The notes under the pieces are model-generated. The model searched no databases and was not told the DNA's origin. It saw only the letters and a list, made by a program, of their open reading frames with translations. From contig NW_005434657.1 in assembly GCF_000315625.1 (NCBI RefSeq), positions 846,130-910,129 on the forward strand: 64,000 nt of DNA. Direction: 5' to 3'. Shown here piece by piece: positions 49,301 to 62,880 of this stretch; the first letter of the stretch is position 1; each line of letters opens with the position of its first letter. A program made the position numbers and the translations under genes. The DNA comes from Guillardia theta CCMP2712. Its lineage: Eukaryota; Protista; Cryptophyta.

Positions 49301-51194
49301 TGGAGCACAAGGTAGGAGACTTAGTGAAGGGAGAGGGAGAGGGCGATAGAGATTGGAATATGAACATGAGTTGTAATTGCAGCCACGAAGTAATTTTGAT
49401 TTCTCTCAGGGTTTTCTTCGATGTTTACAAGAAGTTTGGTTGAGTGCAAGGCCGGGCGATGCGAACGATAGCGCATCCCGAGGAGCAGCATTGAAGACTT
49501 TGGGTTGACCTCCTGCTCATTCCTTTCCTCCCTCCTTCTCCTGACTGATCCTCCACCTCCTCCTTCCTTGACTCCCTTGCTCTGATATCCTCGTCTTCCT
49601 CTGCTCTTCTCTTCTATCTTCATCCTCCTCTCCCTTCCCTTCCGCATTCCGCAATTGGGCCCTTCCAGTTTGTTTGCTCACCCTCCCTTCCTGTTTTGCT
49701 CTTCTTCCCTTTCCTCCTTCGTCTGTTCCTTCTCATGCTAGAGGCCGCAGGTATCTTGTCGCAGGTAACTCCGTTCCGTGAAGATGTAAATTTCCTTATC
49801 AAGGTGAATTTTCTTTTCTCTGCATCATCTCCGATACCACCAGCATCATGATTATCATCAATACCTCGATTATGTCACTATCATTATTATCATCACCATC
49901 AGTAATAATCATGATCATGATATCATTATTTTCAATGAGTTTCATCATGATATTACCTGCATCAACATCGTGATCTTCACGATTTATGATTGAGCATGAT
50001 TCGATCATCTCTAACATCACCGGCATAACTCTCATAAGTGTCAAGCTTGTCGACATTGTTCTCGTCGTTGCTTCTGACAATTTGACTCAAAAGGCTTCTG
50101 ATGTCCTCGAGAAATGTTCTCATGATTCCACCCTCGCTGTGCGGATCAAGGTCGAACAACTTCTTCCGTTCCTCCACTGCCTCCTCCTTGCTCCTCCTCT
50201 TCCTCATCTTCCTCACCATTGTTTTCTCAGGCTTGTTTTTCTCTTGCCAACATCTGCGAGCGAGCTTTTATCATCCAGCAACTCGCTACATCGGTACTTC
50301 TCCCATCTCCTCTCTTTCCTCGTTCTCTCCCTTTTCTTTTCCTCTCCCCGCTCCTTCCTCTTCCCCCCTCTACCCTCACGCCTCTCTTGCTTCCCATTGT
50401 TCCCCGCGACTGAGCTTGAGGATCGCAGGAATACCTCAAGCACCATGCTGGTCTGACTCTCGCTCGTCTGGCAGAGATCGCGTTGCGTGCCATGGCAGAC
50501 AATGACAAGGCAAATTGACTTCCCCTTCCTCCCTCCTCCCTCCTCCCTCCTCCTTCCTCCTTCCTCCTTCCTCCTTCCTCCCTCCTCCTTCCTCTTTCCG
50601 CTCTCCCCCCATCTCCTTCCCTTCATCTCTCCTCTCCTCTCTCGCTCTCCACTCTGCCTCCGCCTCTTTCCGCCTCTCTTCTCACAATCTGATTATCCTC
50701 CGCAGATTCGAGTGTACGGAGCTCGAGCGTTGGGATATGTGGCCAGCTGCTCCAACTTTTACGAGCTAGTCAGGGGAGCCACGTCCTCGGTTCGTTCGGC
50801 TGCTCCTCCCCCTTCCCCCTGAGCTTCATGACAGGAGGCAGCATCCAACCTAAGCTCCAGAATCGAAGTAAGCTCCTCCTCCTCCTCCCCTTCTCCCTCC
50901 CTTCTTACTCGCACCCCACAGGCTGCCATCTGCGGCATGGTGAAATCAACAGACTACTCTGTCAAGGTGATGGAGGAGGGGTGGGAAGGAAGGGGAAAAT
51001 TCAGGATGACCGAACCGGAAAGAGGACGAGGATGAGGACGAGGACGAGGACGAGGAGTATCGTGAATTTACTGAGCAGGTTCGGTGGAACGCTTGTCACG
51101 CGGCAAAGTTGATCCTGCAGTCGAGCATTGCGAATCACATGAGCGAACGAACGCTCATCCATGCTCTCAAGGCCGCAGCACTCGAGGTCAGAGC

Positions 51195-51231
<37 letters not shown>

Positions 51232-51991
51232 AGGAGGGGGGATGAGGGCGAAGGAGGAGGGGGGGGCGGGGGGGGAGCTTTGACTGTGGTCGTCTCCTCA
51301 CTTGGAGCAGGGGAAGAACTTCAAGGTTAGGATTCAGGCGACGAGAGCGCTGAGGGAGTCAGCAGAGAGCAGGCTCTACGGGGACGAGCAGCAGAGGATG
51401 GAGGTTTGGGCCTCGAGAGCTTCTCAGCTTGCTGACGTCTGTCCCAGCTATGGCGCGAGCTGGTGCTGAGCGTGGAGGAGCGCCTAGATCTCGACGATCC
51501 CTCGCAGTACAAATACAAGGACGCGCTGAAACAGGAGCAGCGCACGTGCCTTGTCATCCTCACCCCCCTCCTTCTGCGGGGCTCCGCTGCTGGTAGCTGC
51601 TCCCTCGCTTGCACGTGTGACCCTCTGCTTGCCAGAGCCCTCGGGAGCCCTCCAGGAGTCGATGTGCATGAAGAAGGAGAGGCATGACAGGAGCGTCTCG
51701 TGGGAGGAGGGAAGAGTCGTCTTTCATACCCTACATGCTGTGCAGGGAGGCAGCAGACAGCTGGTCGAAGCTTGTCGACAAGCTGCCGCAAGCGTTGTGG
51801 GCCTGCTGCCGAAGAGATCGAGGGTGGAGGAGGAGGTTTGAGCGTCAGAGGACTTGCTGATTGCTGACGTCACAACCCGACAGGAGGTGGAGGAGCACGT
51901 GGAGATTCTGTGTGGGCTGCAGAAGTACCTCGATGAGGAGGAGCGGGACAAGGAAAGCGAGTCAGAGCGAAGGTTTCTTACGTTGCAATAA
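43391..51991 (+). CDS. HEATR6: HEAT repeat-containing protein 6-like (DUF4042)
   Basis: Motifs: KVRLYSILAIQ, SFTSLSQ|SLAMTITSMHTGL, LITHAPYKRL, RVYGARALGY, VRWNACHAA, KNFKVRIQATRAL, QYKYKDALK. Many exons. Start is approximate. Confidence 0.78.
46227..46922. other. Assembly gap
   Basis: Run of N. Confidence 1.
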
Positions 51992-52524
51992 AGACGCCAA
52001 GAGGTTACCGACGGCAGAGGGCCAGCGGGGCCTGAAGAAAGAGCTGTGAAGACGAAGAGCTGAGAAGAAGAAGAGCTGAGAAGAACTGAGGACGAGCTGA
52101 GAAGAAGAGCTAACTGATGAGAATGATAGTAGAGCTGAGAGAAGAAGAGCGAACTGACAAAGTCGTGCGACTGAATTTCGTCCAGAGTTTCGTGGCAGGT
52201 TTCGTCAAGAGGTTTCGTGGGCCGAGAAGGAGCGGGGATGAGGGTAATTAACGGATTTCCGAAAATGTCGGGGAAAGCAGGCAAGGGAATCGGGAAGCCG
52301 TCGGAGAAGAGGAGGAGAAGCCAAGCGAAGACGAAGGCAGGACAAGACGAAGAGAGCAAGGTGATGAGGAGAGAGGTCGAGAGCATGGACTAGTTACTGG
52401 AAAGAAGAATGTGGCATGGAGGGGGAGAGGAGTTGGGTGGGAGGAGGACGGAGGCATTGCTTGCTTTGCCTGCAAGGTTTGAAATCAGAAGATGGTGAAG
52501 CTTTGACAGGACAAGAAGAATGAG

Positions 52525-53874
52525 ATGGACGAAAAGGACAAGCCCGTCGTTAACTTTGCAAATCGCGGAAAGTACGGGGGCAACTGGGATGGTACCAAGA
52601 AGTAAGTAGCTTATCAATGACTTTGGACTCATCACGTACGCACAGGTCAGATCCTGAAGGTTTGATCCAGAGCTGTAAGTCCACGACAGAGTTCCCACGG
52701 GCCATGTCTTTGATAGATGTACAGATGTTTTGAGAGTGGAGGAGAAGAACAGGTTGGCTGAGAGCGAGTGGAAGAAGGAGAGTGCTTCTTGCTTCCATGC
52801 AGACTCGCTGCCTGACTCGCAGCACATCAGATCGAAGAAGCCAAGAAAGCCAAGGCGCTGGCAGATGAGAAGGTCAGGCAGAGGACGAGGAGGAGAATGG
52901 TCAAAATTCGATTCCTCAGGCAGCCAAACGCAAGGAGGAATGGGATCGGACAGGCTTCTATCGCTACCAGAACGCGGCGAGCAAGAGGATCGCGCAGGTG
53001 GAGAGGACATGTGGGTTCAGGAACTCAGGCCATGGCAGCAACGGATGGACTGGTTCTCCCAGCAGCAGAAGGAGAACGAGAAGAGGCTGAGCCTACAGCA
53101 TGGTACTGCCATGTCCCTCCTCCTCCCTGTTGATGTCTCACAGCCCAGTCTGCCGCCCCCACGAGGAGCTCTACGGGCGGCATGCCGAGAGATGCGGAAG
53201 CGGCAGGAAGATGCGCGGACTGGGTTCAGCAGCTGGTGAAGGTCAAAACGTCTCAGCAGCAGCTGAACTGCGTCCTAGGATGAGCAACCGTTCGTGCCTG
53301 CGAGGAGGAGGAGGTACCTCAAGCTAGAGCACAGTAAGCTCACTCCCTGTCTTCTGTAGCCTGTGACTTGCGCGTGCTGCTCAGCTCCCAAGGCGCCGAA
53401 GCCTGTGGTGAGACGATCCTGCCGGTCCTGGTGCCCAAGCTCGACTGATCGCAAGTGGGCAGCCAGTGATGAGGAAAGTTTGGCCGTCGAACGTCTTCCG
53501 TCGGGAGGAGGAGCAGGTGGAGCAGAAGCCCGAGTCTGCTCATTCTAAAGACGTACAGCAGGGAGCAGCGGAGAAGCCGCGTTCGGCCTCAGCTGCCAGC
53601 CTCCAAGCCGCTTCAGGAGGGCGGGGAGAGGAGCGAGCATCGAGGACTGGCGGCAGCACGCGGTCTCTGCGATCAGAAGGCTCAAGGGGCCGCATCATCT
53701 CAGCTGGTTTGTCTCGTCCTTTGATTTATTGAAGCATCGCCGGATATCACCTCTTCGATCTCTCCCTGCGATCAACGGTCACGAAAGTCCAGCACAAGCC
53801 CAGCAGCGGCCCAGCAGACCTGGAAGGGTCGACCTTCAAGTGATTGCGGTACAGCAAGAATGACTGCTGCTTGA
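52525..53874 (+). CDS. Hypothetical low-complexity protein (multi-exon)
   Basis: MDEKDKPVVNFANRGKYGGNWDGTKK with GTAAG donors and in-frame downstream exons. No recognisable domain. Confidence 0.45.
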
Positions 53875-53974
53875 CTGCTGCTCGGGAAAATCACGAGAGG
53901 AAGTGGAGGGGGGAGGGGAGGAGGTGGACAGCGGAGCGATGGAAGAGAGGGGGGCGAGGCACGACAAGGCAATA

Positions 53975-56900
53975 TCACTCACTGCTGTCAGACGCAATCC
54001 TTGCTGATCGTCGAGCAGCATTCGCCATCTGCAGCACAAAAAAATGACCCGAGAGATGGGGGTGTTGAGGAGGAGGAGGAGGAGGAGGAGGAGGAGGAGG
54101 AGGAGAAGCCGAAGCAGCAGCAGCCATTCACCTCCTGCTTGTTGGCCTCCTGCAGTTTTTTTCGCATATTGTTGGTCACCGTCATGTAGCGATTGGACAA
54201 TTTTTCATACAATTCTCCTTCTCTCAACCCTGCAGCCTTGGACAATCAGGGCGGCAGCAGCAGCAGCAGGAAAAGACAGGGAGAAACATGAAGGAACATG
54301 CAGGAACTAGAAGGGGGAGACGGAGACGGAGACGGAAAGGAGGGGCTGACCGTGTGGGTTGAGGAAGGCAAGGAGCGCGTCGATTTGATCAGTGCGGTCG
54401 TAGTATCCCCAGAACTCACTGATGGAGGCATCTGCTACACTCGCGTCCGTCGCTTCCTCGCTGCTGTTTGACTGCGACGAGCTAGTGGGATCGTAGACGA
54501 AGATCCGCGAGTCCTTGGAGGAGAAGAGCCAGTAGGACCGCCTGGAAGCAGTCAGAGAAGGGGGACATGAATGAGATTCCTCACTTGCTGCGATCGAACC
54601 CTAGAGGAAGCACCCGGACCACGTGCTTCTCCAACTCACTCTCGAGCTTCCTTCGCAAATTTTCTTGCTCCTCGCGCTCCTGAGACATCTTGACATGAGA
54701 CATGACAGTCGTTGTTCACTATCTTCCACCTGCTCCTGTTTCTTCGCGTCCTTCTCTTTCTGCTCAGCAAGAGCTTGCTTAGCTGCTGCTGCAATCTGTT
54801 TGAAATTTCTGAGCCAGAATTCAAAACGTGAAGAATGCACCTTCTTCTGTTTCTGCTTCTCATCCTCCTCTTGAGATTTCTTCTGCTTTCCTGACTTTTT
54901 CGTCTCCTCCTCTTTCTCAGCTCCTTCTCCCTTAGCTTCCATCTGGATCTGAATCTCCGCCTGAATCCTCTCCTTCGCCTGCTGCTTTTCCAGTCTTGCC
55001 TGCGCCCTCCACGTCACTCGTCCTGGGAGGTTCAGAGCGCGTCTCACTTCTTTCTTCTGCTCTTTTATCTTCTGCTCTTCCTCTCGCAGCCCTTTCTGTG
55101 AGCAAGAGAACGTCAGCCCACCAGGAGCTGCGCGGAAACCTCATCACCTGAATCTCCCTCGTCTCTTCAAACGCCTGACAGCCACGTCATCGCTTGGGTC
55201 TCCCAGCATCGCATATTGACATTCACCTGATTCAGCTGCTGGTGTATCCCCGAGGTGGCGCAGGCGTCGTCGCACAGCAGGCACATCACGTCCACCCGCA
55301 TCTGCATCGTCATCTCGTCAAATCCTCCAGTCTCGAGCACCTGCAGCACCAGGAGGTTGAGCTGACGACCGAAGACTCTACTTGTCACCTCGAGAGTTTC
55401 GCTGGGAAGGGAGGGAAGAATGTCCACGGCTGTCGATCTGCTGGCTTGCAGGTATGCTACTAGAGTACTCGACCATCGAGTTTCATCGACAGCTGAAGGT
55501 TTGGGCATGGGGATCGTCGATTCAGACCACGCGTTCTCGTCATAGTCCTCGTCCTCTCGCTTGAACTCTCTTCTATCTGAATCCTCCTTCGCTTGGGCCT
55601 TGCAACGCTCAGGATCAGCCATCACCAGCGCTTGGGCTCACACTCACCTCCATGGACTGATGCAGCAGATATCTCAAGAACGCACAATGAAACTCTGTTG
55701 CCAAAGGAGTCTCGGTCGGGTAGCACACAGCACCTGCCAGATCCTCCAAGGAGAAGGGAGACAATCTGACAATCTTGTGGTATCGCTGAATGAAGTCCCA
55801 GATCTGAAGAACCTGTACCACTTGTTCAGTCTGAAGGGTTTCAGGAGGACGGAGAGTCGATGACCTTCCCCAGCAGCTCAGAAGGAAGAACAAGATCGCT
55901 GTCGGGAACAAACAGTGACGTGATGGGTTGCGGCCGTTCCTCCAGCGAAGGATCGGGCGGGAGCATAGTGTCTTCCACCTGCAAGAAGAATCATCTCAAG
56001 GGCAGAACTGGGAGAGAAAGAGACCGGAAACGGCAAGAAAGATTTCTCAGCATCTTGAGGCCACACAGACAAGACCAACTGAATCATCTCGTAGATCTTT
56101 CCGCATCAAAGTCAATGTGTTGTCAAACTAGAGAAGAACCTACATCGTTGAAGTATTGCTCTGCTGTCAGGCCAGCTTCTATTCCCCTGCCTCAACTCAT
56201 CAGACAACGGAAGAGGCTCTGAGGAACAGGATGTAAGGATCAAACGTCACCTGCTCCCGTCACCGTGTAACCAGTCTTGATACAAGCTTTGGGCGATATC
56301 AAAAACTGACATATCCGACGTGGTGCTGAGTTTCCCAGTCCTTCCGATTTCCCAGATGCGCTTTTGAGCTGGAGTTTTCAAAACTTGCCTGCAATATATC
56401 ATCACAACCCAACAAGCGGTTCGTTGTCTTTCACCTCATGATCTTCTGAGGATCCTTGTCTACATCTGTCGATTTCTTCTTCTTCTTCTTCACAAGTTCG
56501 GACGGATCAACGCCCAACTGCAAGCCATGTTGAGAGTGTGTGGAAGAGAGGCACAGCAAACCTCAGCGAGAGCTTCTTTGTCAAGCTTGCCGACCCGCAC
56601 CTCATACTGAAGTTGCAGGCGCCGCATGTGGGGGGGGAGCTCTTCTCGAAGACCGAACCTTGACACGAGCTCGGGCTCGCAGAGGAAGGGAGCTTGCCAG
56701 TAGCTTTGCCTGGACCCGACGGTTCTGAGTTTTGACTTGAGAGTAATCCTCGAGATGTTCCGCGACTTCAATCGGCGAAGCTGAGCAGCCTCGATCTGCA
56801 GGTACCTGGCCTCATTCTCCTCGGTCTCGCCGGGTTCGTCCATCATCCCGTTCAGGCTCTCAGCATGGTCGTGCTCCATCTCATCAGCGACTGGCAGCCC

Positions 56901-57454
56901 CTCCTCTGACAGCAGCTCCACGAGGTATCTTGACAAGAGATCAACCATCACAGATCTGCAGGAAGCACAACATTGACGTACCTCGTGGGCAAGGGAGCCT
57001 CCGCATCGATGTTAGTCCAGAAGTCATCCTCGACGTCCAGAGGTCTGACGATGCGAGCGAAGAGAGGAGGCTGATCTCCGCGCAAGTACTCGACCTCCTC
57101 TCCGTTCATGAAGCACTGAAGTCTCTTATAGACAAACTCGATGAGGTCGTCCATCCTGGTTTGCGACATATGAACCATCCGACAGAGGGGCTCTACGAAG
57201 AACTCCGGGAAAGCATCGTCAACCTTTTTCTGTGCTGTCCTCTCGCTCAGCTGTGCTTCTTCAAACGTCAACTTGCTCTTTCCCGTCAGACCACAAGACC
57301 AGTTTCTGCTCTGATATGCCAAAAGCTGCTCTATGTACTCCTCGTAAGTTGAGTACAGCTCGCCAGTAAAGCGGATCCGGAAGCAGCGCTCGTGCAGTTG
57401 AATATGGTCCGAAGCTTTTGGCTGATGAGCCTTACGTTTCTTGTCCATCGGCAT
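53975..57454 (-). CDS. ISWI-associated WAC-DDT-WHIM/WSD protein (Itc1/ACF1/BAZ1-like, no PHD or bromodomain seen)
   Basis: WAC: FRIRFTGELYSTYEEY…WSCGLTGKSKLTFEEAQLSE. DDT: LQIWDFIQRY..IVRLSPFSLEDL. WHIM1: FDEMTMQMRVDVMCLLCD. WSD: PLGFDR..RSYW…LLASLNPH|GLREGEL. Confidence 0.88.
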
Positions 57455-57669
57455 CTTCAAACTTCGAGAACAATTGGGAGCGAGAGAAATCGAGCTGAGA
57501 TCAAGCACAGAGGGTGCACGAACGAAGGAGAACAAGGATCGAGCGAGCAAAAAGAAGAAGACAAGGAAGGCAAAGAAAAGGAGGGGAGGATGGGCTGACC
57601 ACTAAGCCCGGATGAAATCCCAGGGAGGAAACAATGGAACCAGAGGAGGATCAGGAACAAGAGCAGCAG

Positions 57670-58215
57670 GACCAACGCCGGGCCCCTGCATGCTCTGCTC
57701 TGGGATCTATCGTACTTCGGATACCCTCCCGGATACTTTCACGGATAACCTTTCGGATACCGTACCGTACACTGGCACCGGGGCACTGCGGCGGCGGTGG
57801 CACTGCGCCGCCCGGCCGCCGGGTACTCACGGTACGGTACTACCGTCACTGTACCGTACAGTGTAACGGTACCGGGCCGCCGCGGGGGGGCCGCTGACCG
57901 CCGCCCGCTGTCTGACGGTTTTACGTAAGTTCCTCTCGCACTCCCGGGAACAAGAGTTCCGAGCCGGAGTCCACTCACGGCCGCGCGGGGAAACAGATAG
58001 GGAAACTCAGGCTGACCTGGGCGCAGCCGGCCGGGCACCCGGTGACCGCCGTGAGGGCCGGGCCGGGATCCTAGCCGGGCCGCCGGGCCCTCGGAGCCTC
58101 GGAGTCCGGCATTTAGCCCGGGCCGGCCGCCGGCGGCGCCCGGCGGCCGGGGTACGTGCCCGCCGGTACAAGGCTACTTCTCAAAAGTCTTTACTCAAAG
58201 TTAAGTTAAAACTTC
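57670..58215. repeat. CCGG/GTAC-rich intergenic element copy ending in CTTTACTCAAAGTTAAGTTAAAA
   Basis: Long GC block, four CGGATA repeats at a 12-bp period, and the shared motif at 58189-58211. Confidence 0.65.
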
Positions 58216-59136
58216 GAACATTCCATGCACAGGAGGGCGGGCAAACAATTCTGCAAACCTCACTCGTGTTCAAGCGACAAATGATTTTTTCGTCTTCATC
58301 ACTCTCCCCAATTGGGCGGTGTTGTCTTGTTTCAGATGATTCGAATGCAGGGTATATAGATGAAAGTTCATCACTCTTTATGGTTCTCTACTCTTCTTTC
58401 TCTGTGCCTTCCAATCATCCTTTCTGAGTGTAGCGTGTGTTTTCTATAGATATGTGGCGATGAGCATATGTATAATCACACATACCTCACTTATCAGAGC
58501 GATTCATTTTCTTTTCTGTGCTTGCCGCGCTAGACACATTTACATGTCTTTGGTTGATGCGCAGAGGGCAATGACTTATTTTGAAAAATAGTTTGTGACA
58601 ATAGGTAGCAATGAATGTCAATCGATGACTCATTTTGCAAGGTTTGCGGAACGATCCGACGCGGGCTGCTTGGCTTATGCAGGGGCAATCAGAAGAGCAA
58701 TAGGACTTCAATATGAAGATAACAGCTGAGAACATTTTACAACAACCAGCAACAATCGTGGCTATATTTCTCTTCGTCCCTGTTCTCCTCAATCTTTCCA
58801 GATGGGCGATTCAAGAACTTATTCTCCAACTTAGACGTGGCAGTACAGAGCCTAGATCGAAACGAGAATAGAACATGCTGTAAATGCCTCGAAATGCCTT
58901 GAGGCAGGGTTTCAGTATATAGTCAAATAATCTTACTGTTCGTCGAGTTGAGATGTTGGTACAGAGTTTCGTGCAAAAACATTTTATGTATATTCTCGCT
59001 AAAACAACTCACTTCTGAGAGCCGTGGGGTTTTCGGATAATCGAACAAGTGCGATCCGTCAAATGCAGAGATAACGACGCCGTATGATGAATGATTCATA
59101 GTGTTGACACAGAATTCGCCTGTCTCCGCTAGCTAC

Positions 59137-59660
59137 CTAAGTGCAGATTCCGTCCGCTGCCCTGCAATAAAGGCTGTTAACACAAAACGCAACTTTCCTT
59201 CAAGTGCAAATTTGTACCAAGTGGGATGAATCTTTGTCTTGTATGCACCTCTATAGATACAAAAGAATTAAAATCAAAAACTTAGAAGCCAGCGACAAGA
59301 AGAAAGAACAAATACTCACCCGCAATTCATGTAAAGCATTTCACAAGCGCACGGTTCGTTGAGACAATCTTGCCGATACTTGAGATAGTAATGTCCCAAA
59401 TTGTCAGCACTGCACTCATTCACAGCTGCAGACGCCTTATTGTTGCATGCCTTCATGCATGTTTCTCTGAACTCAAAGTAGTCTTGAAGATTTACACGTG
59501 CTGGTACAACATACATGAGAGCCTGACCAGTGAAAATCTGGAAAAGCGAACTTGTGCCTGTGGATCTTCTTGATTGCACAAGAGTGATGCAAACAATTGC
59601 ACAAACAAGAATTGATAAACCAGCTACTAGTATCTTCTTCGATGCATGTGTTTTGAACAT
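59137..59660 (-). CDS. Small Cys-rich type-II membrane or secreted protein
   Basis: MFKTHASKKILVAGLSILVCAIVCITLV, then a Cys-rich domain. Two in-frame GT-AG introns lead to …CGGAYKTKIHPTWAADGICT*. Confidence 0.65.
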
Positions 59661-60449
59661 CGCTGGTGCTGGTAAACCGCAAGTACCTGCCAAAGAAAAC
59701 TCAAAACTCCAATCAACGCGAAAATAGAACTAATCAATCAGCCATTCAAACTATGAAATACGAAGTGCTTGTGATCCCCGCACCACCCCTCCCCTCCCTT
59801 CCTCCAATTGAATACCTTGCTGCACACAAGACTAGAAAACATAGAACGATCCAACCAGAACCGACACGAGGAAATTGTTCTTAGCTTCAACCATCCATAA
59901 ACCTTGTAGTTTCCAATGTACGAACTTATCTTGCCCTATATCACTTAGGAATATACATTCCAGCCTATATCAACTTCTCGCGAAATAGCTTTTCCTCATT
60001 TTTACACTTAGTGCAATCTTCCTCATTTCAGTACATCGTGCTATCGTTCACGCACTTTCATCAAGCATTTCATGACATATCATAGTTTTTCTTTGCAATC
60101 TTCTTTGGAATTGCATAATCAAGATCGGATCTAAGTTTATCCTTCATTTCCGCCTTATTATTCTTATCCTCCCTTCATTTCGGTAGTTCCATCATTTCCC
60201 AAGGGCCAACATGTGTGCCACTACCCGTGGTTATATAGGGCATATCCACCCGTCCACCCATTGCTGTATACAAAATTAATATAGTTATTAATATCATACG
60301 TGTTAGAAATATTTTTGAGATATTTCATACTATTCTTTCTTTTAAGTAATGAAATCGACTCCTAAATTTTACACATTCAAGCAATACTAAAATTTTCTTT
60401 TGTACGGGAGTACAAATCAAGTGACTCTACTGCCACACTCAAGTGATAT

Positions 60450-60625
60450 ACTACTGCCGTACAAAACCGTGACAGTCACTGAGTGTTCTAGGGCCGAAGT
60501 TCGGTTCCCGCCGGCCGCGGTGGGCCGGGGGCCGGGCGGACTCGGACGATGGGTACCGGCTCGCCGCGCTGCGCCGAGCCCGGCGGGCCCCTGCTAGGCT
60601 AACACTGACTTGCTGCAGCGGCCGA
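60450..60625. repeat. CCGG-rich intergenic element copy
   Basis: ACTGCCGTAC…GTGACAGTCAC…GAAGTTCGG…CCGGCC, collinear with the copy at 17998-18060. Confidence 0.6.
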
Positions 60626-60650
60626 GAAACTCCGTTTTCGAGTGAGCCAT

Positions 60651-62093
60651 TTATGACTTGAACAAATTTTCGAATAGCGAGTCGGCAAATCCTGGGCGCC
60701 TGCAGGTTCAGAAATCAGTTCAGCTGGCAGCTTGAGGCTTTTTCAAGGATCAAGTTCTTGCCTGTCAGGCAGTGGAAACATGAAATTGACCAACTTGGGT
60801 TGGATGTCGTACCTTAACTTCCTGCCTTTCGACGCCTGATATTCTTCATCAATATCAGGACACCACCGCAAAGGCATACCTTGGTATCAACAACCCTCCC
60901 TGATTTCCCTGCCTTCTTTCTTGCTGCACGGAGCTGGGCCTGCAGTCATTTCAGCACACTCTTGTTTGTCTCGACAGTTTTGATCTGCAAACTTCTTCAC
61001 CTGCAGCTCTGCAGTTTGAGACTGCGAGCTTGACTCGATCAAGTCTCTAAGAAGCAGCTGATAAAAGTCTGTGTCGTCGTAAGCCTCCTCATCTAACTGT
61101 TGGAACGCATGAGCAAGGATCGGCCAGCGGGGTCAGCCGGACCTCTTCCTTGAGTGATCTCCTCGCGCTCTCTTGCACATTCTCGTCGTTTGTTGGTCCA
61201 TCGGCAGTTTCTGGAGCATCTTTTGTACCCTCGGACTTCTTAATGGACAGATCCGATCCGAATACTTTATAAGAGCTCCTCTTCACTTGAGTTCGACGGA
61301 CCAGTCTTTGAGAGCTCCGTCAATAGGTGGAGAGAGATAACTTTGCTCACCTGTCAAGGTCTTGCATGACAAGTTGAGTCTGAGACAAGATAGATTGATT
61401 CAGAGCTTTGAATTGGTTGCCGATTCCGCTTCCGTGCCCGAGCTTCACCTAGTGGTTTGAGGAATCAGCGTGCAATCGACACGTTGTGTGCAAATGAAGG
61501 TACCTTTGAGCTCCACTTGTCAATGGTCATGTCTCGAAATGGCTCCAAGGAAGAATCTGCAGCGGAGATTCTATCCCAGATGTGCTCAGCATATTTTCGC
61601 TTCTGGCCTGGTGAGCTGTCAAAAGTGAAGGTTTCTGATGCCCTGCTCCATTCGTCCGGTTTGGGTAATTGAGGGTTTTGCTCCCACCTGAGCCGAAGGG
61701 AGTCATAGGGTGACGGGGCGGATTAAGCATAATTACAAGAGAGCTCGTAGAGAAACCAATTCGTCGATCAAACTCATGACTTCCTCACAACAGCCTCGAA
61801 GTTGCTCTTCAACTCTAGGATTGTTGGATGCAAAGAAATTGAGGACTGGATCGGTCGGAATTCTAGCTGCCCAGCTGAGTGGCTTTTGCAGCTTGATCCT
61901 TGATTCCAGGAAAGAGTCTGTCAAAGCGCGCTGATTTCTAGCATGTGCAGCTTTGTCTTGATCTTTTTCCTATCAACAAAATGAATGGACATCAACACTC
62001 GACACCAGGCAAACCTGCACTGCTACAAGCTTCAGGACATTCTCCTGATGTTCTGCTTCGATTTCCTCAGCTGTTCTGGTTAATTCTTTCTTT

Positions 62094-62146
<53 letters not shown>

Positions 62147-62880
62147 ACCTTCTTCCTCCTCATCACTCCGATCGTCATCATCCTGCATTGCGTTTTTAAA
62201 GTGAGTCGAAAGGTTCATTGTTGACCTGTCTGGCATCGCTGTCATCTTCATCTTCTAAGCCATCATCGTCATCGTCATTATCATCGCCTCGATCCCCAAA
62301 AACTTGTTTTCTTGACACAGCTTTGCCCTTGTACCTGACCAAATCCTTGAGAAAACACTCGAATTGGGATATACAAATGGTAGTACTCTTCATCGTCGAT
62401 ATCGATGCTAGCTCTGTAAGGAAGTTTCTCTTTGGCGCTGCAGATGCATGTCACAACGAGCAACTGGCAGTGAAATGCTAAGAACTCACCTCTGGGCTCG
62501 CTCATTCGGCTGAACTTGTTCGAACTCTGCAAGAAGGGCATGAGCTCCAGCAAGTCGGCGAATCAGTGACAAAGATTACTCACCATCAAGCTCATCATCA
62601 TCGTCTGCGCCTTTTAGATCAGCCTGATGATCGTCGAATGCGTCGGGGTCGTACTGCTCCGCTGGTGCTGGACCACTGCAGAGATGGGGCCGCACGTGCA
62701 AGCAGAAACCACATCAGGGTGGAGGCAAGCCATGGGAGACAAAAGAACAGGAAGGGGGGAGAGTAGGGAGGAGGGAGAGAGAGAAGACACAAGATCAAAG
62801 CATAAAAGAACATCATCATGCGCATCTGCTCACCTCAGCAGCGCCTTGAGCTCCTCGTGCAGCGACTTCTTCTTCACCAT
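60651..62880 (-). CDS. AATF: AATF/Bfr2 (SSU processome factor)
   Basis: Motifs: YKGKAVSRK, acidic tract, FLESRIKLQKPL, and TRAUB domain YDDTDFYQLLLRDLIE…KGRKLRYDIQPKLVNFMFP…LFENLF*. Confidence 0.92.
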
